A stretch of 64,000 nt of DNA. Origin: Antedon mediterranea. Lineage: Eukaryota > Animalia > Echinodermata. Position 1 is the stretch's first letter. Each line of letters opens with the position of its first letter. The translations under genes and the position numbers were made by a program. Positions 1 through 14,300 of this stretch are shown one piece after another. The DNA is taken from assembly GCF_964355755.1 (NCBI RefSeq), contig NC_092678.1, positions 4,604,422-4,668,421 on the forward strand, given 5' to 3'. The notes under the pieces are model-generated. The model saw only the letters and a program-made list of their open reading frames with translations. It was not told where the DNA came from and did not search any database.

Positions 1-1900
1 TATCAATTTGCACCAACGCTGTTTGTATTAAGATCAAACTACACGTCATTCTTAACATGAATGATGTAAGTACTATATGTTGTTATTTCACATCCCATGT
101 ATAAACACATCATGTTGTTATTAGGTAAAATGATATTGAATAATTGAGAACTTGTCATCAAAGAAATATTTAATGAAAGTGCTTTAACATCTGTAACAAC
201 TTACAATGTTTTGTATGTTTACCATTGGTATATCATCACCATTTAATATCTATCACTAACACAGCACAGGGGTGCAAACTCTGTCAAAGACAAATTCCTC
301 AAGATTTTATTATGAGGGCCAAGTCTAATTCTTTGGCTTAGCACTAACTAGTGTACTGTACTGTACCACACCGCTTCGCAACCTATGAATTCCCAAATAT
401 GGTTAAAAAGGTTGCGGAACGCTGCTCTACCGTACCCTTAGAGTAGGACAACATTGTAATTACTGTTGGAAACATAGTTTTTCAATAGACAGTACGGTTT
501 TGTAATGATTTATGTTCAAGTTGTAAGGTTTACTAACTGTACATAGCAACTTTGATTTAAGATGTATATTTACCATACATCAGATCATTACGTGTGTTAA
601 GAAAATGCTCTTTTTACACATCTCTATGTAATGGCCCATCTGCCACTGAAATTCTTCAATTAATTTCTACTTCGTGATTGCCAATTTGTCACCAACCTTG
701 TATTATCTTATAATTGCCTTTAGGTTTGTGATTTTATGATTAATTTATTCCTGCGACTTCGAGGTCAACCTTTTTGATATGATAAATAATGATATTGTTA
801 AATAAATTATAAAAATGTAATGTAAGCATCAATTATTTGATTTTTACAGATTTCTGTCTGGTTTTAGCAATAAATAGAACTGCCAGAAGAACTAATTAGT
901 ACTGTAACTTTTGACAATTACTGTATGTTAATTGTCAGGTATTCATTGTAACTTTGTCAGATGTTGGGTGTTTGTATTGAGCAGACAGCCTGATGTGTCT
1001 CCTGCTATCGTTTACTATACTGACAATGGCAGGCTCTAGACACGTGTCTAACTGGAATTTTAATCTTTGTTAGTTCATGCGTTCAAATTAAGTTTTATCA
1101 TTCGGTTTGCTGTGTATATTATTAGTGGGTCATTAAACTTGGTGAAATGATGTTTTTCTTTGGTAGTCATTTTTCGTATCACAATGTATAGTAATGCAGA
1201 TGGTTCATTCCTTAAACTGAGCATACTTTTTTAAACTTTTTAAAGAGAGCTGTATTTACAGAAACTGCTCGACCATAATTCTTTTCTATAATAAGAAAGA
1301 AATCCAATATACTGTAGACTAACACCTATTATTATTTTTGGAATGAGAATGCATTACCCCAGTGTATTTAATTAGTATGCGGTGTGGTTAAAATAACCTA
1401 GTGAAAAAATAGAAACTACCTAGAATTTTAGTTATTGATCGTATGGAGTCAGGCATTTTCAAGAATATTGGTATAATATTTCATAATACAAATGTGAAAA
1501 ATGTATCAAAATATTAGATTATACAACTGTTGTATAGTGACATGCTGGGCTGAACTTTGAAGAGAAGGCCTGAAGATATAAATTCAATTTCAAGTTGTTT
1601 GTCTTCTTTACTATAGTATCATCAGATTATTATTAAATATAGTTACCATTAATCATCGCCTTCCAAAATTCTTGAATTTCTACTCCTTGTGGACAAAATA
1701 AACCTACTTTTAAAGTATTCCACCCAGCCTAAAGCTTATTTTAAGACCATCAACCCAACCTAATTTTTACACAGCAACAACCATCTCATAAACACGGGGT
1801 TTTTCACCCACCCTTAAAATGTTGACACTCTAGACATGAACTCTAGCCACATCTACATCTGTCCACTTGCATTAATAGACTGCTTTGATTGAGCTTTTAC

Positions 1901-1990
1901 AGTCTATTTCGTGCCTGCTTACCTGGATAAACCGACAATATAGCCTCTCTCTCCGAAGAGAGGATACAATTTACGAAAAAGAAAAATCCG
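1901..1990. repeat. Dispersed repeat family A, copy 1 (AGTCTATTTCGTGCCT...CTTACCTGGATAAACCGACA)
   Basis: Alignable copies at 13718 and 43431 share the same left boundary. Confidence 0.85.
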
Positions 1991-2368
1991 TATATATAAC
2001 ATAGCATGTTGCATGTGAAACAATCAGATTTTGCTACATTAGATTATCACAATACACTAATGACTACTTTACATATTATGTTATTGTTATGCTAGTTTTT
2101 GTTTCGATAAAGGATACCTAGATATTACATAATCTACTCATAAATAAACATACTAAATCTGAGGACTAAATGGTGAAATAATTGACTAAATATTATCAGT
2201 AGAACCCCTCCTATTCAGGAAACGCCCTTTTTAAAGTGACACCTTCTTGTAAAACAACAAGAAGAAATATATGTGTTTACACTAAAACTATTCATACGAC
2301 TTGTTGTTTTATTGTTTTGTTTTTAAAACTAAACATTTAATTTATGAAATATCGTTTTTCTTCTTCAG

Positions 2369-5300
2369 CCAAAACTTATGGTAAAAGATCTTCTGGATTT
2401 GGTTTCTTCACATTTCTTACTGAAGGAGAAGGGTTACTTTGGACTATCATTTAAAGATACCAAGTAAGTATCTAGGAAAATAGTTAGTTTGGACTTTCAG
2501 CAAGTAAGTATGCTTTAGAAGAAGAATTAGTTTTGACTTTCAGCAAGTAAGTATACTGTAAAAGAAAAGTTAGTTTTGACTTTCAGCAAGTAAGTATACT
2601 GTAAAAGAAGAATTAGTTTGAACTTTCAGCAAGTAAGTATACTGTAAAAGAAGAATTAGTTTGAACTTTCAGCAAGTAAGTATACTGTAGAATAAGAGTT
2701 AGTTTGAACTTTCAGCAAGTAAGTATACTGTAGAATAAGAGTTAGTTTTGACTTTCAGCAAGTAAGTATACTGTAGAATAAGAGTTAGTTTGGACTTTCA
2801 GCAAGTAAGTATACTGTAAAAGAAGAATTAGTTTTGACTTTCAGCAAGTAAGTATACTGTAGAATAAGAGTTAGTTTGAACTTTCAGCAAGTAAGTATAC
2901 TGTAAAAGAAAAGTTAGTTTTGACTTTCAGCAAGTAAGTATACTGTAAAAGAAGAATTAGTTTTGACTTTCAGCAAGTAAGTATACTGTAGAATAAGAGT
3001 TAGTTTGAACTTTCAGCAAGTAAGTATACTGTAAAAGAAGAATTAGTTTGGACTTTCAGCAAGTAAGTATACTGTAAAAGAAGAATTAGTTTTGACTTTC
3101 AGCAAGTAAGTATACTGTAGAATAAGAGTTAGTTTGAACTTTCAGCAAGTAAGTATACTGTAAAAGAAAAGTTAGTTTTGACTTTCAGCAAGTAAGTATA
3201 CTGTAAAAGAAGAATTAGTTTTGACTTTCAGCAAGTAAGTATACTGTAAAAGAAGAATTAGTTTGAACTTTCAGCAAGTAAGTATACTGTAAAAGAAGAA
3301 TTAGTTTTGACTTTCAGCAAGTAAGTATACTGTAAAAGAAGAATTAGTTTTGACTTTCAGCAAGTAAGTATACTGTAGAATAAGAATTAGTTTTGACTTT
3401 CAGCAAGTAAGTATACTGTAGAATAAGAGTTAGTTTGAACTTTCAGCAAGTAAGTATACTGTAGAATAAGAGTTAGTTTTGACTTTCAGCAAGTAAGTAT
3501 ACTGTAAAAGAAGAGTTAGTTTGGACTTTCAGCAAGTAAGTATACTGTACAAGAAGAGTTAGTTTTGACTTTCAGCAAGTAAGTATACTGTAGAATAAGA
3601 GTTAGTTTTGACTTTCAGCAAGTAAGTATACTGTAGAATAAGAGTTAGTTTTGACTTTCAGCAAGTAAGTATGCTGTACAAGAAGAGTTAGTTTTGACTT
3701 TTAGCAAGTAAGTATGCTGTAGAATAAGACTTAGTTTGGACCCATGAAGTTTCAATACTACTACTCTACATTGCCAATGCTTTCAACATATTACATTTGT
3801 TAAATGTCTTTGATCTGTAAGGCTTGTAATCAGTTAAAAATGTTTTGGCATTAATAACTTTGTAAGATATTATTGAACATTACCAGCTTATCAAACACTT
3901 TTACAAGTACTTGAAGAGATAACAAAATAACTTATCAACTTTGATAATAGTCGGGTAAACAAAGCGAATTTTCCCATAGATTATTTGGTAAAAGGATTTT
4001 TAACCTATTCACATTACACTAATAAGATTTCAAACTTTTATAGGCCATTTTCAAGATTGTTTTCAATAATTCAATTTGAGCACATTTTGATTTGAAATCA
4101 AAAGAAAAAACACTTCGTAATCTTGTCCATTTTTTAGATTTATATTTTGACATAAAAATATTAAATTTAGATTTTTACAAATATCAGTAGAGTGAATACT
4201 ATCCTACAATCTTTGTCTAAATTTTTGAAATAATTTAAATTTAATATTAATATTATAACTAATAGTAGAAAACAGTAAAAAACAGTAGAAAAAGACTGAG
4301 TGAATATTTGAGTTGAAACTGTTAAGTACATAGAGCTTAAGAAGATTTAAACTGTTCTTAAGCTGTTTCCTTTTACTGGTACAATTAAGCTGTTCCTTTT
4401 TCTGGAAACGCTATCTGATTGGTTGAACTAATGATTTAATCCTTTGAATAACTATTAAAATAAATTTGTGAAGTTGTATTTCAGGATCTACTAACTGTAC
4501 TTTACTATGTTAAACTATTTGATTTTGGTAACGTAGTAGAACCCCATTAAGGACCCAAAAGTAACCCCTAATTAGGGGTGACCTTTGAAAAGGGATTGGC
4601 TGTACTGTTGAAACTATTGCCCCTCATTCTTTTCCCATAATAGTGTCCTAAAGGAGTGGTTCTTATTTTTAAAAAGAAAACAATGGAGTTGTTCTGAAAA
4701 CAATGAAGCGTATTTCAATGCAGAAATGCAGATATTTTTTATGTTGAACTTCAGCATTGTAACTAGGTTACAGAAATTTTATGAAGAACGCCCTCTCTTG
4801 GCCTAGGTGCTACTTTCACAATTTCTGAAGTGAGACCTCTATTGACAGGTACTATTAATTAATACAGTTGAAGTGAGACCTCTATTATGCAGAATACAGG
4901 TATTAATACAGTTGAAGTGAGCCCTCAGGCATTGCAACAGCTTGTATGCTAACGGTTTCCCTATTTTACTAACAATAATAGTAATCCTGCCATTGTATTC
5001 TTGATCATAAAGTGGTTAGAACACAATAGACATATGCGTCAGACTGGTACATTACCATATCAAAGCAGCGTCTACTACATCTCAATGATAACTTGTTGCT
5101 TACAGGTAAACCAAACATCAGCTAACTGACCCATAAATTTTCTCATTGTAGTTCAAATATCATTTGGTTTGATCCTGAGCGTAAAATCAACGATTACAAC
5201 ATCCCGAAGAAGCCTGAGACGGTAACGTTAAATTTTGGCGTGCGGTGCTATATTGAGAGTATAACACATCTTGTGGATAGTGGTACGATAGAGTTGTTTT

Positions 5301-8300
5301 ACCTTCAAGCCAAGCTAGCCGTCTTCAAGGTGAGTAATTTTGTTATATAATACATTGTATGCTTCTATTGATATTTTACTTTCTCGTACAAAGGTCAAAC
5401 AATGCACACAGAGAATGAGTGACCTTAAAGTTTGCAGTCTAGGACCTGCCTTGTTGTTAGCCTGGACTCTTCTGGGAGAATAAGTAACCCTAGTAGAATT
5501 TGCGTTTACCACGATATAGCACCGATGGGATTTTAGGTACATTCGATGTAACTTTAACTCTGATAGGTTTCAGAATGTAACACAAGAACTTCTCATATGT
5601 ATATTGGGTGTTTAATCGGTCTAAAAGCTAAACCCATCAGGGGTATATTCAGTGTTTAACCGGTGTTAAATCTAAACCCATCAGGGGTATATTCAGTGTT
5701 TAACCGGTGTAAAAGCTAAACCCATCAACCACAATGAAACTCTGATAGACAATACAACATGCAAACGTTGACATAAATAATAAAGTTGATAGAGGTAATT
5801 ATTATCACACAATGTACGGAATCAATCATCACTATCGTTTCCAACATTACTTCATCAAACTTTTTATTTACCTATCCATCTAGCTCAAAGTAAACTAATA
5901 TTGACTAAGCTGTTAAAGGGAAATGATCAAATATACGCTATGAATAGCTTGTATTGATTGGTTAGAGCTATTATGACATAATGCAAGTAACGTTTCTATG
6001 CAGAGTTTTTTAAGGCACCTATTCCTTGCCCACTTTCACTCACCGTTGAATCAACCATGTTGCTTTATTATAGTTATTGGTATAGATACCTAAGTATCCT
6101 TTCTCTTGTCCCCCTCCCTCACTCCATTATTAAATCTATCCTGGTGTTTTATAGAGGTGTCTTGCAATTTAATTTGATTGTCATTAAAATATATTAATTA
6201 ATTATGTTAGAATATTCGTAATAATTTATCATATAAATATCCAATTGACCTTAGAATATTACACTGCATCCTTGGATATTTGGTATTATTTCAATAGAAA
6301 TCCTTGATTTTTGGTTGAATTTGTAAAGACAGTTTTTAATGGTGAAAGCAGTCATCTTCAGGGTCTGTGTATACATAATCTTTCTCGCAATGACATCAAG
6401 GGATGGCCCTCGCTAATCCCACCATTGTTCATGCTGCTGTTTTGTTAGTGCGGTTTGTTCCCACAGCTTTCCACTTCTTTTCCTCTCCGAGGGTTTTAAA
6501 AAGCTTTGCTTATTAGATTGTTAGCGTGCTCTAGTACACTCGAAAGCACAATTAAAACTCTATTATAAAAAGTTATACAATTTCAGGACAATATGTATAG
6601 ATTTACAAAGTTGTAAAATTTCAATGAAATTTTTAATAAAAGAAAGATTGGAGTTTGATAAAAAGATTGTATTACACTACAAACTTAAGATCATTTGTAG
6701 CTTATTTTTTTTTTTTTTAACTAAATTATATTACCATAAACAGTAAGATATTATGAATTGAAATTTACCACTGAATTAAATATACAGAATGATCTCATTA
6801 TTAGAAAAAAAGCACCTGGGTCTGAAATGAAAACTTCATCATTTGACCCAATGTGTGGGTCAAAACCAAATTTATCTTATTATCTCAGCAGAATAAATTG
6901 TCATTTTCATTCAGTTCCCAAGTGTATCGCACATCTTATTCAAAGGTTTGTTGTCAGACCCAATTAATGTCATCAGTAGGTAAATAGGGTGTAATTGGCT
7001 TAAGTATACGCTCTGCTGAAATCTACCAGCAGTCAATCGCAAGGTAGACTCATTCTTTGTTAGCCCGACTTTAGTGACATGCACGATATAACCTGCTTTC
7101 CCTAAAACCCATGGATAATAAAATGTCTTTACTGTCATGCTCCATAAACTTATGTTTCGTATACTCTAGACGCTTAAATGATGTTCTGTTTTTGGATTAA
7201 AGACCGGTACTTTGCCGATATCAAAAGAACTGTATCTGTTCTTCATTCTCTTGAGCATTTAAATTGTTATCCATGTTTTGTAAAAATCATAAACTAGAGA
7301 AGTCACCATACTGTAGCTAAATATTTCAACCATTCTTTATTATTTCTTTTTGTCTCTATTTCTTTCTGATTGTAATAAAAAAAATCTATTGTGCACACTT
7401 TTAAAAGTTCCATGCATTTAATAAAATAATTTCTTCTTTATTTCTATGACTAGTGCAAATATTGTTGCTAGACATATTAAATTTTATTCTATGCTGAGAT
7501 TTTACCATATTACTAATTTCTTGGACTTGAAACCTACAGTTGTTCTAGCCTTGACCCTCTCTGCAATATTTTATGAGGAGAGTCAATTAAAAACATGGCA
7601 ACTATCTTGACAGCTTGGAGAATCCATTTAAAACACATTTTTAAATCATGGAAAATCTTTACTCTGAACTTGACCTTTGACATCTTCATGTGGTTCAATG
7701 AGAATGTGAAAATTTAGGTCTAAGAAAGTAGACATTCTGCTAATGTTGTCAGTTGGTAATTGATTTATAATATGAATGTAGCAAGCAGACAATATAAGGC
7801 AAACTATTTAATAGAGAAACATTGTTTCTGTCGCACAGTTTGTATCTTGTAAATTTAAACTGCCTGTGTTATTTTTGTTAAGGATTTGTGTGGTTCTTTT
7901 CAGTCATCATCCAATGTAAAAGTGATGGCTTGTAATCAATTGATGTCTGCAGCCTATATTTTTAATGTTGAAAAGTAACTTGGTAAACCAAATGTTGTAA
8001 TAACTATCATCTATAAGAATAACAAAACTCAGATATTGTATTGTTATTTCAGGGTGATATAGAAGTGGACAGCGAAACAGCCTTTGAACTTGGTGCCTAC
8101 ACGCTTCAGGCTACTCACGGAGATTTTACAACGTAAGTCCTGCACCTTAAGTTTTACTACTACAGTTATTCTTATTGTACATTATAATATTCGATAGCTT
8201 TCTGAAATCAGACCTTGGCGCATTCTGGAAAGACTCTGTGACTACTTCACCAACCAATCACAAAGTTACATTTCCTTTAAATACTATTTTATGTTCAGGA

Positions 8301-11300
8301 TTTTTTTTTTAGGTTACAGCCTGTTCTTGTTGCTGGAGAGTCACCTGCATTTAAGATTGTATCATTTTGGTATTTTTCTTTCACTGTTACCCATTCAGGT
8401 TTGCAACACAATGGATCAGACTGACTGCTAATCATGCACTCTTCAATTTATTCAGTCTTCTGTACAATACCTCCTTTCATAATTTCCGATAACTCCAGCA
8501 TAGATGACTGTATAAACATTATAGTGTTAGAAATAAAAATAAATGCCATCTGAAAATAAATGTAGAACTTGACAATAAAGCTAGCTAGAAACTGTCTACA
8601 CAGAAGTGCCGTTTAAATTGCACAAATATACTATTGTTGCAACAAGACTATAGATTTATAATAATAAAATTTGAATACAAAAGGTCTATAAAGTATATTA
8701 TGCTAAATTGTATAGTTTTATTTACATACTAAATAAAACATTTTTTTTGTTTACATAAACTTCTTGAAAGGTTTAATGTTTTTTTATTGTATGTTTGGAA
8801 AAAAGATGAAAATGATCGAAACGTTGAATCTCTTGGAATGTGGAGTTCCATTCATACTATTTTTATGTTATTAGTGTTTTACCAATTTTTTTCTCCTGAA
8901 TATTAAACAAATGCTTTGTTAACTATTGAATTCTATGTTTGTATGTTGTTTTCTCCAGTGAAATAAAAGCACAAACACAGCTTAAGAAGTTACCAGTCTT
9001 ACCAACAAAAGCACTCCAAGAACATCCCTCCTTAAGTTACTGTGAAAACCGAGTTCTCTTTCATTACAGAAGGTTAGATGGTCTCAGTCGTGGACAAGCA
9101 ATAGTTTGGTAAGTACCAAGATTGTTTGCTTTCTGGCAAGCCTACTACTATAAAGATTTAGAATTTGACCAAGGTGTCTATCTTCCCATCCATTTTGAAA
9201 CCTGAAAGCGTGAACTAAGACATTCTTTTCTAAGAAAAGAATTATATATCCTCTGTTTGCTCCCTCTCCTTTTCCAACAACTTGGATCCGAGGATAATCA
9301 ACATTTAGAAAGTTCTAATAATACTGCTGACCTGCAGCACTAGGTGTAGGAGATAATTTCAGGAGATACATTGCTCGGAAGAAGGTGCTTTACCAAAGAA
9401 ACATTGTATTTGAACGGTAAATGGATTACACAAGAATCCAGAACCTGAAGTTAGATGAAAATTAAAGTTGAAATTTCGTAGAGGATGCAAATTGTTTTGA
9501 TTTTATCCGAACATTTTTGGTGATGTTCTTTATTCCACTATCAGTAGTGCTAGTATGTAGTTTAGATTCATAAATGTTGTACCTGAGATCATGTGGCAAG
9601 ACGCAGCAGACATTCATGAAATATACATTCCTATGCAAAATTATGTCATTTTAAAAGTCATTATTGAAATTGTAAACTGAAGTTTAAAGTGTTTGAAAAT
9701 GTCAGTTTTAATTTATGGCCAATATGCATCATGTAGAATAACTAGCAAACACTGCACTACATTTTGCAGATAAATATTACTAAAGTGAAAATAGATAACT
9801 CATGGTTTTTAATTTCCAACTGACCTTGTTTTGCGCAATTTACAGTTAGTTTTAAACCGATAACATTTTAATTTAGAAAGATATTATTTCCACAAATTTC
9901 AATAATTACCGTAACTATATCTGGGGTAATTCCAATTGAAATCGAAAAAAAAAATCCAAATTAAAATCGATACTCCATTCATTTTAAATCTACATACAGG
10001 TGTGTCAAATGTGATGTAGGAATATGTCTCGTATCTCAAATTTTGTTTAAATTGAACATGGTTTTGTAGTTGAGTACTTGCATTTCACTACAAATGATCT
10101 GGTTCAATTCTGGTTGTTGTGCAAGATTTTCCTAGCTTGCCAAGTCGTTGCTTGACAACCTGAATGTAGTATATTTAATTAAACCTCCACCTGATGTTAT
10201 AAATCTTTTTATTTCACTATCTTGTCCTGATCATCACACATTCTAAAATATAGATCAGAATTTGTATGACTGTAACAGATTGAGATATTTTCTCCATTTC
10301 ATCTGTTTTGGAATTCCTGCAGTTAATATGCTAGATTTGCAAGTTGAAGAATTTATGTAATTGCAAAGATCCTGTGCCATAAAATAAAGAATTTCTCTTA
10401 AAAGATATATTTGTAACTTGCATTTACGTAGATTGTTTCAAGCTGAAACTACAGGCTGAGTATTAGTGTGTGTAACTGGGACATTTAAATTTGGATGCTT
10501 TAGCCGTACTTCTTCATTAAAATTCAACAGCATTAAAAACAAACCTGATTTCTATAAATCAGGGTTAATTTGGAATTTTTATTTCTCAATAGCGCAATTG
10601 GCTAGTTAGATTTTACTGCATGATTTACAATTTCTAAATTATAGAAAAGAAAAGTCTGGTATTCTGAATGTGTTTTAAAATGGTAAAATAGAATTTTGGA
10701 CCATTTTGACTAAAAGTAAAGTATGGTTTGTAAAAGTTTTTAAAGATTTCTCTAGTATTTGGAGAGCCTGAGTTGACTGTACATAACAACAGATAACATC
10801 TGTTACTATTTCTGGTTGTTTTTTTAGGCATATAAAAAAGAAACAATTTTGTTATTGTTTTATGATCAAACGAAACCACAACATATTTGTTTGGTTAGTA
10901 ATTGTGTTGTTTAACTTATCTGGTTTTGATTAGTAGAACTGCCATTAGATTCTGACCCTACTTTGGGTGGCCATTTAATTTTTGTTTTGTTTGTAGCAAA
11001 TTTTGTAGTTTTTTCCATATACTGGTCATTGATAACATATTTAATTACATAATTATGATTGTTACTATATGTAAACTTACAGTATCTCATTATCATACTC
11101 ATCATCACCATCGTCTTTAACTATATCATCTTTATCTTCATCACTGCTGTCATTCTTCAGTTATACCATCACAAACAGTATAATCACTAGATTCATTCAT
11201 CATTTTTACAATATTATCATCATTATCACAATATTATCATCATTATCACTGTTATCAGTATCATCTTATATTACATCATCATCGTATTACTATCATCAAC

Positions 11301-14300
11301 AAAGAAAAAGATATCAAGATGTTAATATCTTCTTCTTGGTATCATTCTGTATGTGAAGAAGCCTAGACATTATATCACATAGCGTTCAACCAAACCTTGT
11401 GGGTTTCAGAATTTCTAATTAATGGCAATTGAATGTAAGTATGAAACCAAATGTAATACCCTGGATAAAAAAGAGCTAAAATTAAGTGATCACCAACAAA
11501 GTTTAACCTTTTTCTTATGTAAATAGCTATAGGGAATATTTGAATCCCTGTTGTCTTTGAGTGCAATACTGAACATGATCCCTGAATTCAATTCATAAAT
11601 AAGTAGTCGAGAGAATCTAGTTGGATTTTATAAATGAATATGATGATAAGAGATGAGATAGATAACACAGTTTTGGAAACTTGACACTTTTTAGTATTCT
11701 CTTGAACTTTTATTTACCGATGACCTCGAAAAAGAAGAATGGATACTTTTTAAGTGGCAATCAATAGAAACCAGGTTTTACTTGTGAGTGCGATATTGTT
11801 TTCTTCTTTTCAAGTATTTCTTTTGTTTTATTATTCGCTTTAGTTGAATGTAATTCCTGTTTCTGAGAACGTTAGCCTCTATACTGTTGTCGACTTTAGC
11901 TAAAGCCGGCTAGTGTTGTTTTCTTCAGTAGCGGATTTAAATAAATATTTAATTTGTTCATTTGTAGTAATAATCTGCTGTAATCTGTTATCATTAGTGG
12001 AAAATTATGCTCACTACTTTAATTCTTAAGTCATTATCAAGTTGTTAGTAGAATTTGTACTAATTCTTGTCGTTACTGTAAACTTTTCATTCATTTTTTA
12101 AATGTTTTTGTTAAACTTAATGTGTGTTTCTCTTTGGTTTAGTTCTTCTTCATATTATTAATAATCGAAATAACAATACATATGAAACAACAAAACAAAT
12201 GCTGAGATGATTATAGGCGGAATTACTATCATATTAAGTCTACGTTGACTTACCTCATAGCCTATCATCAATGAATAGATTAATAGAAAAACGTAATACA
12301 TTGTAAGTTTAGTGATATTATTCAATAATTTATAATATATTTGAAGTAAAACGCACGGAATGCAGTTTCTAAAGAAAGTATAACTAATTTTATGTAATTT
12401 TAATTACGGTAATCAATTAATGTAATTGTTAATTGCCATACTATAATCTATTAAAATGTTCATTTAATGGGACATTTTTACAATTTAATATTTGTATTGG
12501 CCATTAAAAGTAAGTTTATAATTATTTAGACTTTAATAACATTCTGTTATTTTTATATCTTTGAATCTGCATAAGTCTTCAGTATAATATATTAAGCTAA
12601 TCTTATATTAAGAATCTCATAAACATACTTAAGTGCTAATGTTTAAGCATGTAATTTGTAACTTCTTTTGCTTATTTACATTGCACTAATACTAGATGCA
12701 AAGAATTAGATTTACTCAGTCTTCCAAAAGATTTCAAATTTATCATTTCTAATGCTAACTATCTTTGAAACTAATTTCACCGGCTTACCAGAAAGTGTTT
12801 CTTCTCAAACAGATTCTGGAAAAAAATCTATATTAAGCGGATTTTATTTTTGGCATTTATCCATCCCTTGGGGCAATGGCCTCCCAAAGCCGATCTTTGT
12901 CTGATGTACTGTACATGAATAACCCAAATAAACGTTGAATATTCAAGGCGAGTGTATTTAGGTTGAACACAGCTAGCATATACGGTAGATATAGATATTC
13001 CTGCAAGCTAATTAGTATGCATACTTTATCGTTTCAAATTTCACATTTGTAAAGAAAGTGGGCATGTTAGTTGTTATGGTGTTTTCAAGTATGTAAAATG
13101 GACTTTGTAAAGTGGTACGTATCACCTGTCTACGATGCATGTCCATCAAAAGAGATCGGGAAAAGCGATATCGAAAAGAAAAACACAGTTTAATATCTTT
13201 TTGACTACTTGTTCTACTACTAAAAATAAAAATACTTTATACTTACTGTACTGCAAATTAAATGTGCTTTACGTTTTAAAAATATGTTGATGCATATCTA
13301 ATGAGATAGAGGTCACAATAAGAAGATACCATCTGAGCATGAATTGTCAATTTAAATATTTTGAGGATCATAAAGGTCAAATTAGATATGTAAGTCGTTG
13401 ACCCAGTTCATCAATTTTAAATCTAAAAGATAAGATTACTTATTAATAGCAGATGTTGATTTCAAATCATTTTAAATTGCCTTAAAAATGACACCAATCA
13501 CAAATTTGTTTAAAAATACAGTAAATATGAAATTGTATCCAAGTTTAATTATTCACAATTTGTTTAATTAGCACAACTTGACTTGTAGGGAGAAGACACT
13601 AATGATAAGAATGGCAAATAATAATTTTGAAAGGTAAATATAAAAGAAGCAAAAAAAAAAACAAACATAAATCTATAACTAATGAAAAAAACTATTAAAC
13701 AGGAATGACAATGATTCAGTCTATTTCGTGCCTAGCTTACCTGGATAAACCAACAATAGCCTTTCTCCTTGAAGAGCAAGATATAACTCGAAAAGTAGAA
13801 GTTTTCATTGAATCCCCCTCTCCACAAATAATATAATCCATGACCTGTTTAATTCTTGTTTGCCAATTGTCTAATTATCATTATGAATTGTTGTGTTGAT
13901 AATTTGAAGTATCTTCAATTCTATTAGAACAAACCTAAAGGAAATTCCAAATACTCAATTTTTATAATTTTGTATAACATTAATACTGCCATATTTGGTA
14001 TAATAACATTTTATTTTTAATTCATAATTGTTTATAACCATTGGTAATTAAACGTTATTGAACCATAAACACAATTAAAATGCGAATTATTATTACACAA
14101 AAGTAAATATTTAAAATCATATTTATTATTTACTTAATATGCTGTGTGTCAGTCTGGAAAGTAGATATTTAAATATTTTATAAAATATGAGTCTTTGTCT
14201 CTCATTGAGACAATGACTTTACATTTAATGTTTAATTTATTGTATTTTTATTTTATTTCAACCACATCCAGCAGCGACATAAATATAGAATTAAAAGCAC

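Noticed and set aside
2461-3741. 43-bp array as CRISPR
   Set aside because: No spacers; only point variants between units.
9920-9960. GGGGTAATTCCA / GGGTCATTCCA (also ca.27350) as MITE ends
   Set aside because: No matching opposite TIR or TSD found.
12255-12262. Minus-strand 8-nt microexon (ag|GCTATGAG|gtaagt)
   Set aside because: Could belong to the nested decayed gene but cannot be placed in frame; a chance match is plausible.
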